The notes: generated by a model from the letters alone, not told the origin. Numbered from the stretch's first letter, positions 12,300-24,115 are shown. The stretch: DNA of 64,000 nt from Octopus bimaculoides (GCF_001194135.2 NC_069008.1:11750141-11814140), one strand, 5' to 3'. Made by a program: numbers and translations.

Positions 12300-12430
12300 T
12301 CTAAGGCCTCAACAAAATCACAATATTTAGATCCTGGATAGACTTGCTTCTGTTTAAGATGATGGATTTTGAATGAGAATAGTTTTTCACAGATTCCACA
12401 TCTGCAAGGTAATGCCTCATCAGAAATATT
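12300..12430 (-). pseudogene. Degenerate C2H2 finger remnant downstream of ZNF-A
   Basis: PCRCGICEKLFSFKIHHLKQKQVYPG resembles one decayed finger. Confidence 0.4.
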
Positions 12431-12854
12431 GAGATGACATTTACATGAGGGATTATAATTAATATATGGGCAGAAGAGTTTAAAATATGGACAGTTCAAA
12501 TTTCTTGCTTAAATCCCAGCAATGGACCACCCTTAGGTACATCATCATGCCATTAAATGTGTTTAGGGGGAAGAAGAATATTGAAAAGCATCAATGCATG
12601 TCAGAGTGACAAAGAAACAAGGAGGGTATCTGGTGGTCGCGGGATGTGTTAAAAATGACAGTTTAAATTGTCCTTAAATCACATACAAATATTTTAATTT
12701 TTTTACATAATCATATGGATTACTGTGTGTAGGACACAAATTCGAAAAACTTTTCTGAAAATTCCAAGAAACATATAAGTAATGATGGATTATATGGAGT
12801 GCTCAAACCAGAATTCCGCCTCTATGCTTTCTCAGATATTTCTCAACAAAACAG

Positions 12855-13886
12855 CTATTTTGCAAAATGTGTTTTTTTATGCTTTGCTAAATCACTGTTA
12901 GAAGCAAAACATTTCCAACATGCTTCACAGTTATAAGGTTTCTCTCCAGTGTGTATTCTATGATGCTTTGTTAAGTCACTGCTAGAGGCAAAAGATTTTT
13001 CACATATTTCGCAACAATACGGTTTCTCTCCGGTGTGTCTGCGTATGTGAACTACAAGATGAGAATTATCAGAGAATGATCTCCCACAAATTTTACAGTG
13101 ATATGGTTTCTCTCCAGTATGTGTTCTTTTGTGTCTTGTCAACTGAGTATTACTGACGAAAGATTTTCCGCATATTTCACAATGATATGGTTTTTCTCCA
13201 GTGTGATTACGTATGTGGACTTCAAGGCAAAAATTATCAGAGAAATTCTTCCCACATATTTCACAGTGAGAGCGTTTTTCTCCAGTATGTACTTTTTTGT
13301 GTATTGATAACCGACTGTTTGATACAAAATATTTTCCGCAGACTTCACAATGGTAGGGCTTTTCTCCAGTGTGGATTCTTTTATGAACGACAAGACTAGA
13401 ATCGTGACTAAAATTTTCCCCACATATTTCGCAGTGGAAGGGTTTCTCTCCAGTATGTATCCTTTGATGTATTGCTAAATAACTGTTCTTGAGAAAATAT
13501 TTCCCACATATTTCACAACTATACGGTTTCTCGCCGGTGTGACAACGTATATGAACTACAAGGTTAGAATTATTAGAGAATGATTTCCCGCACATTTCAC
13601 AGTAGTAAGGTTTTTCTCCAGTGTGAACTCTTTTGTGTTTTATTAAATTACTGTTTGAAACAAAAGACTTCCCACATATTTCACAGAGATAAAGTCTTTC
13701 CTTGTTGTGTATTTCTTTATGTGAAAAGACTTCCTGTTCGGAAGAGAACGCCTCCTTATAAATATCATTGTGATATTCAGGAAAAACTTTCTGTTCAGGT
13801 TCCTCGTCTCCGTCTGTCTGTATTACTGTATCTATATTGTTAAAAATAATTGAGTTAGAAGTGTCCAAATAATTAATGTTCTCCAT
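12855..13886 (-). CDS. C2H2 zinc-finger protein A (343 aa; 10 fingers + 1 degenerate N-terminal finger)
   Basis: Intact ORF with CxxC-x12-HxxxH repeats and TGEKPY linkers; N-terminus MENINYLDTS is paralogous to ZNF-B. Confidence 0.92.
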   Translation of the reverse strand: MENINYLDTSNSIIFNNIDTVIQTDGDEEPEQKVFPEYHNDIYKEAFSSEQEVFSHKEIHNKERLYLCEICGKSFVSNSNLIKHKRVHTGEKPYYCEMCGKSFSNNSNLVVHIRCHTGEKPYSCEICGKYFLKNSYLAIHQRIHTGEKPFHCEICGENFSHDSSLVVHKRIHTGEKPYHCEVCGKYFVSNSRLSIHKKVHTGEKRSHCEICGKNFSDNFCLEVHIRNHTGEKPYHCEICGKSFVSNTQLTRHKRTHTGEKPYHCKICGRSFSDNSHLVVHIRRHTGEKPYCCEICEKSFASSSDLTKHHRIHTGEKPYNCEACWKCFASNSDLAKHKKTHFAK

Positions 13887-14030
13887 ATCAATTCCTGAGG
13901 AATTCTTAAAAGCTCAGAAATGTCTGTATGTATATAATCTATTATTGCTCAATTTCTTGTCTCAGATATCACGGGGATTTATGTACATGTGTGGAGAGAC
14001 TAATGCAGTGTAGATAGGTTTTCTACTTAC

Positions 14031-14362
14031 CAGTAGAATGTTAGAAATGTAAATTGAAGATAGTTCAGGAAAACTGTTCGCCGATTTGTTGATGAATAAA
14101 ACTGATTTCCTCTGTCCCATAAAATTAGGAAATAACCAATTAACGTTGTAACCCAGTTTGTGATGAAAAGAAACAACCACGATGATGATGGAACACCGAT
14201 TCCGAAACACTAAGTCTCCCTACATAATACACGAACATGAACGTTCACATTAATATCAGATAATTATTACACTTCAAACAATTAAATCAGCTGAACTAAT
14301 TACTGACATACTATATAGGCGGTGTCATTGACAATTTTTCCGCCGTCTGAATGACACCGGTG
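14031..14362 (-). promoter_or_regulatory. Putative promoter/non-coding first exon of ZNF-A
   Basis: Homologous (inverted) to 20088-20380 upstream of ZNF-B. Donor CTG|GTAAGT at 14030; possible acceptor AG at 13925-13924; 10-bp inverted repeat cggtgtcatt/aatgacaccg. Confidence 0.5.
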
Positions 14363-14667
14363 ATACATGTTGACAGTCCCTAACATAATATGATACACTC
14401 CTAAACGGTAATTTTCGTATGCAAGAGGTTTCGTTTCAAATGACTACATCAATAAAGATACTTAGAATTTAACGTCTCCATCGAAAAACTGAAGATGCAA
14501 CTATAATTGATAAGCCAAGAGACTGCTTAAGTGTATTCGCAAGAAAATAGAAATATTGGCTAGTTTGTATTGCACTTTCTCATGTTTGTAAATTTCTTAA
14601 GTTTACTATCTTTCCATCCCTTACACTACAAACGAAATATAATGCTTTTATCCTCAATAAACACTTT

Positions 14668-14700
<33 letters not shown>

Positions 14701-15145
14701 NNNNNNNNNNAGAGTGAAAAAACTACAGAAGGCTTGTGTTACTTGGTTAAAGTATATATTTAAATTATGTCAGAAAAATATTAGAAAAATGTTAGAAAAA
14801 TGTTATGAAATCTTTTTGGTATATATATATAAGTTAGTAATAATTTAATTCAATGGACCGTGAATATGTCGTACTAAAGAAATACAAAAAGACAGATATT
14901 TGTGAATATTATAGACTCTGTGGTTAAAAGAAAAAATTTTAAAACTTTATTCAAATAAGTAGTTAAAAATATTTTTTATGGTAACGTTTTTTTTTTTTTT
15001 TCTTCCACTATAACATGGTTGATCTATAAAGAACTGTTACTACATTTTAACCTCAGGAAAACGTCTTTTCCTGCTGGTTAACGACACACAACCTATGTCC
15101 GATATAGCGTAAGGGAGTGAATTATTCCCCGCCAGCTTGGCAAGA

Positions 15146-15190
15146 CCTGTAGAATATGGTTTCTGGGTCTTTACTCTTCGTCAGTACTGG
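15146..15190 (-). ncRNA. Degenerate hammerhead motif (A/A-flanked stem II variant)
   Basis: CCAGUA-CUGACGA-A-GAGU(aaag)ACCC-A-GAAA-C(caua)U-UC-UACAGG; one mismatch in each stem. Confidence 0.4.
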
Positions 15191-17029
15191 ATGGATAAAC
15201 AAGTAATTGAATCTGGTTGAACTATATATATAATAATAATAATAAATGACAACAAAAGAATGAGACCTCAATATTAAGTAAATAGAGGAATTTATATGTA
15301 TATATAGTTTAGGACAATCTTAGCTCCAGTATTCGAAACTCCGAGTCCTATTATGACAACTTACTGATTGTCCTAAGCTATATATATACATATATAATCA
15401 TAGCTGTGCTTGTGCCTTTTAAAATAAAACACAGTCAATGACATTGACTTCGTTGTGCTCTTAGACCAGCAAGTCAGAAGAAACTTGCACCTAAACACTG
15501 CATTGTGCTGATACTGCTGACTTTCTTCCAGCATATCGATCTAATTGTGTAACTCAGTTAATATTGCTGACTGTGTTTTAGTTAAAGCTATGGTTTTAAA
15601 TATGTCTAGAGTTTCCTCTCATTGGTATTTCCCATTGTTAATGACTAAAGAGCTAGAAACACTTTGTCTGGGAATATGACAGTGGCGCAACACCTAGCAG
15701 ATATGATGTTTTTACACCTTTTCACATAAGAGAAAAATTTTTTTTCTCCACAGTAACTACAGTGAATTTGCCTTTAGAGATTAAAATACAAACATATTTT
15801 ACCTAACCTAAGTTCACTTATGCCTATTCATTACTTAGCACTGACACTGCTGAATGTGTGTGTGTGTGTCTGCATGTGTGTATGTGTGTGTTTGTCCCAC
15901 TGTTACTTGACAACCAGAGTTGGTGTGTTTACATTCTCATGACTGAGCAGTTCAGCAATAAAGACTGATAGAGCAAGTACCAGGCTAAAATAGAAAATAA
16001 GTACTGGAGTTGATTCTTCGAGGTGGTGCTCCAGCTTGGCCACAGTCTAATGACTGAAACAAGTAAAAGATAAAAGGTAGATCCATGAAAAGCCATGATT
16101 TGGGATGTCCCCCACTCACTACCCTCATGACCACAAGCATCATTGTAATTTACACATGTGCACACATACACACATTTTTTGTTTTAATAAGACACAAACT
16201 GAAATGTGTTTTTATTCAAACTTTTTCTATTTCACACAAACAAAAAAAAATGAATGAATCTAGAAACTATAGTAGAACCATATTTATGAATGTTTTTGGT
16301 GGATGGTGGTGAATATTTTCCAAATCTAATTTAAAAATAACTTTCATCATAGGAATTTCTATATCTAAATTGTTCTTCAATTGTTTAGATAAAGAAGTGA
16401 ATATTGTTTTCAAAATCCACTTTCCCTGCCAATGAAGTAAAGGTTATCACATTCAAGTACTGCATACAAATGACAAAATAAGCTGTGGATGTCACTATGA
16501 AATTGAAATTTTCTCGAATTGGTGTCAAAGCATGATTAAAATACATACTTGGCTCAGTACATAAAATGAAATGGTTCCACAACAACAAGAATGCTTATGA
16601 ATTCAAAACCATCATGGTTTTTGAAAGCTTTAAAACATTTTATTGCAAAAATTCAGTTGCAGTGATTTTAAGCAAGAGTGTCATTTTGGGGTCTGTTTGT
16701 CCGGAAAAAGAAAAAGAAAAAGCATCATATGTAGATGTCTAAAAGTGAAGAATCCTTCAACAACCACAATATTGTCGAGTGGAAGCAAGATTATTTCATT
16801 TGTAAGAAATGAAATTACCCATAATATTTAGCTGATATAATTATAAACAAGGCCCCAACATGAACGCTGTTTAATAACTGAAACAGATAAAAACAAAGAG
16901 TTAACTGGAACAGTGCCCTCCAACAGTTTTCTCTTACAGTTTGTTATATTTGCTTGTGAGGAAACTGGTGTGATGTGCCCTTCTGCTTATACACACATAT
17001 ATATGCATGTGTGTGTGTATATATATATT

Positions 17030-17245
17030 ATTCTTTTACTTGTTTCAGTCATCTGATTGTGGCCATGCTGGTGCAATGCCTTTTGTCGAACAAATCGACC
17101 CCAGAACTTATTCTTTTGTAAGCCTAGTACTTATTCTCTCAATTTCTTTTACTGAACCGCTAAGTTATGGAGACATAAACACACCAACACCGGTTGTCAA
17201 GTAATGGTGGGGGGACAAACAGATACACATACATAAACACACACA
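17030..17245 (-). mobile_element. SINE family B, 3' part
   Basis: cttgtttcagtcat..gtggccatgctgg; matches family B. Confidence 0.8.
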
Positions 17246-17247
17246 CA

Positions 17248-17635
17248 TGTCATCATCATCATCATCGTTTAACGTCCGCTTTCCATGCTAGCATGGGTTG
17301 GACGGTTTGACTGAGGACTAGCGAACCAGATGGCTGCACCAGGCTCCAATCTGATCTGGCAGAGTTTCTACAGCTGGATGCCCTTCCTAATGCCAACCAC
17401 TCTGAGAGTGTAGTGAGTGCTTTTACGTGCCACCGGCACAAGGGCCAGTCTGGCGGTACTGGCAATAGCTACACTCAAATGGTGTTTTTACATGCCACCT
17501 GCACAGGAGTCAGTCCAGCAGCACTCGCAACAACCTCGCTCGAATGTTTTGTTCACAGGCCACTGGCACAAGTGCCAGGAAGGCGACACTGGTAACAATC
17601 ACACTCAAACGGTGCTTTTTATGTGCTACTGACAG
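17248..17635 (-). mobile_element. RTE-LINE 3' tail
   Basis: (CAT)n followed by the reverse complement of the common tail. Confidence 0.8.
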
Positions 17636-18226
17636 CAAAAATTTAGATTCAGATGAGTAAGGTACTTAAGTTGCACTGGAATTTAGTACAGTATTATCCA
17701 TACAGTTTCAAAATAAGGTGATAAAAATCAAAATAAGCAACAGCATATCCAGAGGTAATGCAGTACAATCATTTCAAGTGACTCCATTTAACTGAACAAT
17801 GTAATCATTACATCAATTTAAATGCAGAGCAATCCTCAGTTGCATAAATACATAGAATTAAATTAAATTAAAACAGATTGACACATTAGTATAATTTTAC
17901 CTAAAACCTCCAAGAAGGTAAGGAGATAGACAACGAACATGCTGTCTTCACTTCCACTTAGGAGCTACTAAGGTATCAGGAAGGAAGACTTGTTAAAGAT
18001 GTAGCTTGTCACTGTTTTTGGGGGTCAGTTTTAATTTATAGTCTTGTTTATCAAATCTTTGTATATCAAAAATCTAAGGCCAAGGAACAAGGAGCAGTGT
18101 CTGTTCGACGGGCTGGGTCGAAGCAAACTGGTTTAATAGATTGTGTTTCTGAACGCATCAAATTATATTAGGAAGGCGGCGAGCTGGCAGGAACATTAAC
18201 ACACCGGTCAAACTGCTTAGTGGTAT

Positions 18227-19899
18227 AACGGCTCTGTGAAGTCATTGCGTGAGTCTATGTTGAACTGTTTATTGAATTGTTGCCATTCTTGATTGAATTG
18301 TTGTTGATTCGTTAATTGTTTTGTTTCCCATTGTGGGAAAATGGAGAAGCCGGAGGCAGACCCAAGTTATGTGGCTGCAACGGGCAAAGGAGTAGATACG
18401 CGAGAGTTGGAGGTTCGCAAGATAAAGTGGAGCCTAGAAAGATGAAGGAGAGTGAGAAATTAATCACAAAGGAAGGAAACACTTTGAAGCTAACACCGCC
18501 TGAAGAGCTATCGGCCAACGTGACAAAAAGAACGGTTATATTTAAAACCATGAGAAAGATAGAAATTGCACCAATAGATGCCATAGAGGAACGTGTTAAG
18601 AATATAAAAAGATTCACAACATACATTACGAGAGGGAGAAGATACGCCACTGTGGAGGTGCGCTTCTCAATGGAGGAGGAAGCAATAAAGCACTCCACAG
18701 AGGCAATAAGGACAGACAAATGGGTGCTGTTGCCTTCGTACTGCGGCAAACATGTGGCCAAGGTGCAAGTGGGTAAGGTACCACCCGAATTGAAAGAAGA
18801 ATGGCTGATGACAGCCATAACGTATAATATGAAAGACGGGAAAATTCTGAAGGCTACAAGGACCCAGAAGGTAGATTACTGGGGATATAGTATCGAATTA
18901 ATGATTCAGGCAACAACGGAGGACTTGAATAGTGTGGTGGAGGAAATTGTGCTCCCAGAAGATGTGAAACTGAGAGTTACTGTGGAGGGGAGGCCGCCAG
19001 TGTGTTTCACATGTGGAGAAAGGGGCCACATGAAGGCATGGTGCACCCAAAGAAAGCAACAAACAGAACAGGTGGAGAGACAGGAGAGGGTGGACCAGGT
19101 AGTACAGGGCAAGGCAACAGAAAAAGAAACAGAGAAGGGAATCACCATGGTTAAAAGGAAAGGAGGGAGGAGCTGAGGAATGAGTTCTCCGCCAGAGAAG
19201 CAGAAAAAGAAGAGGGACGAGGTGAGAAAGGGAGCTGTGAAGGAGGGCAGTAGGAAGGAAAAAGAATGTAAAAAGAAAGTGGAGTTACCAGTGGAGAAAG
19301 TGTCGGAAACCCAACTGTATGAAGGTGAGATGAAGAGACTATTTATGGAGGAAGAAAAGAGAGAACTAAAAGTCCAAGAGAAAGGAAAGAAGATACGAGG
19401 AGGAGAAGGAGTATGGTATTATGTAATGTACCCAGAAAATGTGGAAACAGAGAAAATAATCAAGTTACATTCAATAGTAAGGGTAAAGGTGCCTTCATAC
19501 ATCTACGCGGAGGATATGAAGGCAATATTGATTGAAGAGGAAAACTATAGAAAATTGAAAGAGATGTGTGGAGATAACATTGACCCGCCAGGAGTGAAGG
19601 TGGAATTTAAAGAGTTGCCACCAGTGGTGGAGTTAAGAGATATCGAACCACTAATGAACTAAAGACAAAAAAGGTATGAAATTAAAGGGGGAAAAAAAAA
19701 GAACAATTGTAAATAGTACATATAACGGTTCAAATGGTACTGCATGGGAGTGGGGCCCATGCGTCCATTTTTATTTTTTCATTTTTATATAACTTTCATT
19801 TCATTTACATTCGTTTTATGTTTTTTGTCCCCACTGTGGTCTTGTCTGTCCTTGTGGTGTCCCCGTCTGTGTTTGGGGCTTTATGCCTAATAAAGAAAT
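18227..19899 (+). mobile_element. ORF1-only (half-LINE / HAL1-like) non-autonomous retroposon
   Basis: Flanked by tggtat/cggtat (18221-18226, 19900-19905); contains a gag-like ORF with a CCHC knuckle, no ORF2, and a T-rich 3'UTR ending taataaagaaat. Confidence 0.75.
18341..19662 (+). pseudogene. L1/Tx1-type ORF1 (gag-like, zinc knuckle CFTCGERGHMKAWC); one inferred frameshift and one in-frame TGA
   Basis: ATG at 18341 gives MEKPEADPSYVAATG (stop 18445) and shifts into the 286-aa frame; ORFs 18316-19176 and 19180-19662 are in frame, separated by TGA-GGA. Lys/Glu-rich middle. Confidence 0.75.
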
Positions 19900-20087
19900 C
19901 GGTATTTCGTCTGTTGCTACGTACAGAGTTCAAATTCCACTGAGGTCGACTTTAATCCTTTCAAAGGTCGATAAATTAAGTACCAGTAAAACACTGAGGT
20001 CGATCTAATCGACTAGTCCCCCAAATTTCAAGGCCTCGTGCCTTCAGTAGAATGGATTAAATTATATTAGGAACTTTTAGTTCTTCA

Positions 20088-20380
20088 CACCGGAGTCATT
20101 CAAGCGCGGGAAAATACCAGCAACACCGTTTATTTAGTATGTGAACAATTAGTTCGGTCAATTTAATTGTGTTATGTGTAGTAATTACTCCCACGTTATG
20201 TTTGTAGATAGGATAGGGTGATCTACATATTTCAGGGTCGATGTTCCATCCCCTTTCATGACTGAATATTTCGTTTCATCACAAACCATATCGTTTATTG
20301 CTTGTTCCCTAAAATGGGTTTTAATCATTAACAAATGAGAGGACAACTTTCTTAACACTGTTTTATTTCCCAGCTGACCG
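20088..20380 (+). promoter_or_regulatory. Putative promoter/first exon of ZNF-B
   Basis: caccggagtcattca... aligns with the reverse complement of 14050-14362; E2F-type gcgggaaa at 20106-20113. Confidence 0.5.
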
Positions 20381-20614
20381 TCAAATCAAAAAAAAAAAAA
20401 AAAAGAATATGTTTATATTTGGATTTACCATAACAACATATTGTGTACTTTTCTACTATCCATGGTAAACAACTCTGATTTATCAATTCTTCTTCCCGAC
20501 TCAGCAATCACACCATCAAATAAGCGGCTACGTCTAAACATATTCATATTTCTTTCCCTGAGATCTATTTTACGTCGTCTTAGCGTAGAAATTATAAAGT
20601 GTTTTCGTCTGTAA

Positions 20615-20934
20615 CAGAAGTTCTCTACCATTTCTTTTATCTATGGACCACTTTGATTACTATTTTATTCTGGTAGACCCCCCATAATCATTTAATGTTT
20701 AAAAACTAGTTTTATAGAAACTTCTTTAGAAATTATTTTGTTTTACATACATTAACTTGTGTGCGTTGAACTATGTAAAATGTTAAAGAAAAAAAAAACC
20801 TAGCTGTTTCTTACAATACATCTAAAGCAAAATTTTTTCAGTGGCCTTTAAAATACTGAGGTGGACCCCAATTTAATATTCTATTACGGAGAGCCCTAAA
20901 AAATCTTATATAGACCCCCGGTTGATAATCACTG
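20615..20934. mobile_element. hAT-like MITE (CAGTGGTTCTC-type ends, degenerate)
   Basis: Ends cagaagttctctacc / ggttgataatcactg; the interior matches a second copy at 36160-36480. Confidence 0.6.
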
Positions 20935-21078
20935 TGTCTGTGATAAGTAAACTATATCTTCATTGCATAATTTCTGCACATGTAGCAGATTCCCATGATG
21001 TCCAAGTCAAGAAAACTAACCACAAGAGAATATTCTTAGACATTTCTCAGATTTTGATTAAGTACCTGAAGATTGGAT

Positions 21079-22653
21079 ATGGAAGACGTTAATCACTTGG
21101 ACACTTCTGTTTTTAACCCTTTAGATTCAGTAACATGGACATACAATGATATGAAACCGTTATGTAGTGAAACGTTTATTCAACAACGATCGTTGGAAAG
21201 AAACATTCCTGACTACCGCTGTGATATTTGTTGGAAAAGCTTCTCTTCAGGAGATGAAGTTTTGACACATCAAGAAATACACAATAGGGAAAAATTCTAT
21301 CACTGTAAAGTATGTGGAAAATGTTTTGTTTCCGATGGCGATTTGACAAAACATACAAGAAGACATACCGGAGAAAAACCCTATCACTGTGAGTTATGTG
21401 AGAAAACATTCTTTGAGAATTCTAGTCTCGTACGTCACCGAAGAATACACACGGGAGAAAAACTGTTTCACTGTGAAACGTGTGGGAAATTTTTTGTCTG
21501 TAACAGTAATTTGACCGCACACAAAAGAACCCACACTGGAGAGAAACCCTACCATTGTGAAATATGTGGAAAATCTTTCCTTGAGAATTCCGGTCTCCTA
21601 CGTCACCGAAGAATACACACTGGAGAAAAACTATTTCACTGTGAAGTCTGTGGGAAACCTTTTGTCTCTAACAGTAATTTAACAACACATAAAAGAACAC
21701 ATACTGGAGAAAAACCTTATGGGTGTGGAATTTGTGAGAAATCTTTCTCTGATAAATCTACTCTTGTAGTTCACCAACGAATACACTCTGGAGAAAAACT
21801 ATTTCACTGTGAAGTTTGTGGCAAATCTTTTGCCACTAACAGTAATTTTATAGCACATAAAAGAATACATACAGGAGAAAGACCATATGAATGTACAATA
21901 TGTGATAAATCCTTCTCTGATAATTCTAGTTTCATACATCACCGAAGAATCCACACTGGAGAGAAACCATATAATTGCGATATATGTGGGAAATCCTTTT
22001 CTGATAATTCTAATCTTGTAGTTCATCGAAGAATACATACTGGAGAAAAACGATTTCATTGTGGTCTGTGTGGGAAGTCTTTTGTCACTAATTGTGATTT
22101 AAACAAACATAAAAGAATCCACACTGGAGAAAAGCCTTTTCATTGTGACATATGTGGTAAATCATTCTCTGATAATTCTAGTCTCTCAGTTCACCGAAGA
22201 ACGCATACTGGAGAAAAACGATTCCATTGTGAAATATGTAGCAAATCGTTTATCACTAATGGTCACTTAAAGTCGCACAAAAGAATCCACACTGGAGAGA
22301 AACCTTTTCACTGTGACATCTGCGGGAAATCATTTCGTCAGAACTCTTACCTCATAGTACACCAAAGAATACATACAGGAGAAAAACCATTCCACTGTGA
22401 AATATGTGGTAAATCTTTTGTGTCTAACAGTGATTTAACAAAACATATAAGAATCCACACTGGAGAGAAACCGTATCATTGTGAAACATGTGGAAAATCT
22501 TTTGTGTCGAACAGTGATTTAAGATCACATAAAAGGACACACACCGGAGAGAAACCTTATCACTGTGAAATGTGTGGAAAATCATTCTCTGATAAATCTA
22601 CACTTGTAGTTCACCAAAGAATCCACACTGAAAATAAAACCCTACCATTATGA
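21079..22653 (+). CDS. C2H2 zinc-finger protein B (524 aa from ATG; 17 fingers)
   Basis: Intact ORF; first ATG at 21079 (the track start 21073 is TTG); N-terminus [10 protein letters not shown]. Confidence 0.93.
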   Translation: MEDVNHLDTSVFNPLDSVTWTYNDMKPLCSETFIQQRSLERNIPDYRCDICWKSFSSGDEVLTHQEIHNREKFYHCKVCGKCFVSDGDLTKHTRRHTGEKPYHCELCEKTFFENSSLVRHRRIHTGEKLFHCETCGKFFVCNSNLTAHKRTHTGEKPYHCEICGKSFLENSGLLRHRRIHTGEKLFHCEVCGKPFVSNSNLTTHKRTHTGEKPYGCGICEKSFSDKSTLVVHQRIHSGEKLFHCEVCGKSFATNSNFIAHKRIHTGERPYECTICDKSFSDNSSFIHHRRIHTGEKPYNCDICGKSFSDNSNLVVHRRIHTGEKRFHCGLCGKSFVTNCDLNKHKRIHTGEKPFHCDICGKSFSDNSSLSVHRRTHTGEKRFHCEICSKSFITNGHLKSHKRIHTGEKPFHCDICGKSFRQNSYLIVHQRIHTGEKPFHCEICGKSFVSNSDLTKHIRIHTGEKPYHCETCGKSFVSNSDLRSHKRTHTGEKPYHCEMCGKSFSDKSTLVVHQRIHTENKTLPL

Positions 22654-22688
22654 AATAATATGGGATATCATTTGTCTATAAAAGTAGC

Positions 22689-23220
22689 TTAACCCTAGAG
22701 CATTCACATTATTCTGTCAAAAGTGTGTATTGTATTGGCACACTGTCAGTTACAACGACAAGGGTTCCAGTTGATCTGATTAATGGAACAGCCTGCTCAT
22801 GAAATTAACATGCAAGTGGCTGAGCGCTCCACAGACACACACATCCTTAACATAGTTCTCAGGAAGATTCGGCATGATACAGAATGTGACATGGTTGACC
22901 CTTTGAGATACAAGTACAATTCATTTTTGCTATCTGAGTGGACTGGAGCAATAGGGATTAAAGCATCTTGCTCAAGGACACAATGCACCACCAATAATCG
23001 AACTCACGACCGTACGGTCATCAGCCAAATGCCCATAATCACTAAGCCACGTGCCTTCACTATAATATTTATTTATCCACATTGTTTTCAATTAATCATA
23101 CATTATCTTGTAGTTTTGAGATTTTGATGAGGTAACTAAAAATTTTAGAATGATATTGTAGGGTTGGTGTGAGAGGCCACATCTGGCCAGTTTGAATATA
23201 AAACAGATAGAATATTTGGG
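22689..23220. mobile_element. piggyBac-type MITE remnant (TTAA-CCC start) with nested SINE fragments
   Basis: ttaaccctagagcattc... matches MITEs at 28085-28305 and 56676-56890; SINE-D-like piece at 22735-22905. Confidence 0.55.
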
Positions 23221-23589
23221 ACACAGACAAATATACAAAGGAGAGAAATCTTTTAACTGAAACATAAAACCTTCTCTTATAAATCTAAACTTATGTAAAA
23301 AAAAAAAAAATAAAGACCCCTTTGGTCACTATTGACTGTGGGATTGCACCTAGAAAGTTTCCCTCTGAGGCACAAGTCCAGGCAAGGTTTATGGAAGACC
23401 AGCAGTTGCCCATGCATACCAGCCTTTCCTCTCCGTATTACAAATTTTGTTCAAGAGAAAGGCAAACTCTGATACAGCTTGACACAGGTGACATCACAAC
23501 TCATTTCTACAGCTGAGTGAACTGGAGTAACATGAAATAAAGTGTTCTGCTAAAGAACACAACACACAATTGTAATCTACTGACTGGAG

Positions 23590-23690
23590 GGGGACATACC
23601 ACTGTGAAACATGTGGGATATCATTCTCTGAGCTCTGATCTTGTAATCCAGAAATACATCCTAGTGAAAGACCTGTTATTTGTCTTTCAA
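23590..23690 (+). pseudogene. Decayed finger remnant downstream of ZNF-B
   Basis: taccactgtgaaacatgtgggatatcattctct reads YHCETCGISFS, then degenerates. Confidence 0.5.
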
Positions 23691-23913
23691 GTTCATTACA
23701 AAGACAAGATCTCATTGATTATGATTAGAAAAATGCAAAAATAAAAGGCTGTAGAAAATATGTGAAATTTGTGGAAAATTATTCTTTTATGTGTCATGTT
23801 ATATATAAGTGAATACATGCAGACGAAAATACTGAGGTGATAAATTGAAAACTTAACTAGAAGTAGATAGATGAGCAAGTTTTAAGACTCAACACACTCA
23901 ATGGAGAATGTTT

Positions 23914-24115
23914 AATGAGGGAATGCTGAAAAGTTCCTGGCTGTGAGTAAAAGAAAATACCAGAGGATCAGTTAATTTTATTCAACATATTCCTCTCTCA
24001 GATTCACACACTTATTGCAGTGGGCCTCTAGTTTCTCTAAACCCTGTAAAATAACTTGGAAGGTTAGGCTTTCATGATATCCTTAAAGACAGGAACTTTT
24101 CAGGACACCCTCATA
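23914..24115. mobile_element. Mariner-type MITE, copy 1 (about 200 bp)
   Basis: TIRs atgagggaatgctgaaaagttcctg / caggaacttttcaggacaccctcata. Confidence 0.75.

Larger units (their letters stand above)
18175..20058 (+). mobile_element. SINE family A split by a 1.67-kb insertion; 15-bp TSD
   Basis: 5' half 18175-18226, 3' half 19900-20058; aaattatattaggaa is duplicated at 18160-18174 and 20059-20073. Confidence 0.88.

Noticed and set aside
12400-12430. Minus-strand CUGAUGA-GGCA...UGC motif
   Set aside because: Followed by AGAUG, not GAAA; lies in a decayed finger remnant.
13098-13843. Antisense and alternate-frame ORFs overlapping ZNF genes (also at B, C, D, F)
   Set aside because: Shadow ORFs caused by the periodic finger codon pattern; no independent domain signal.
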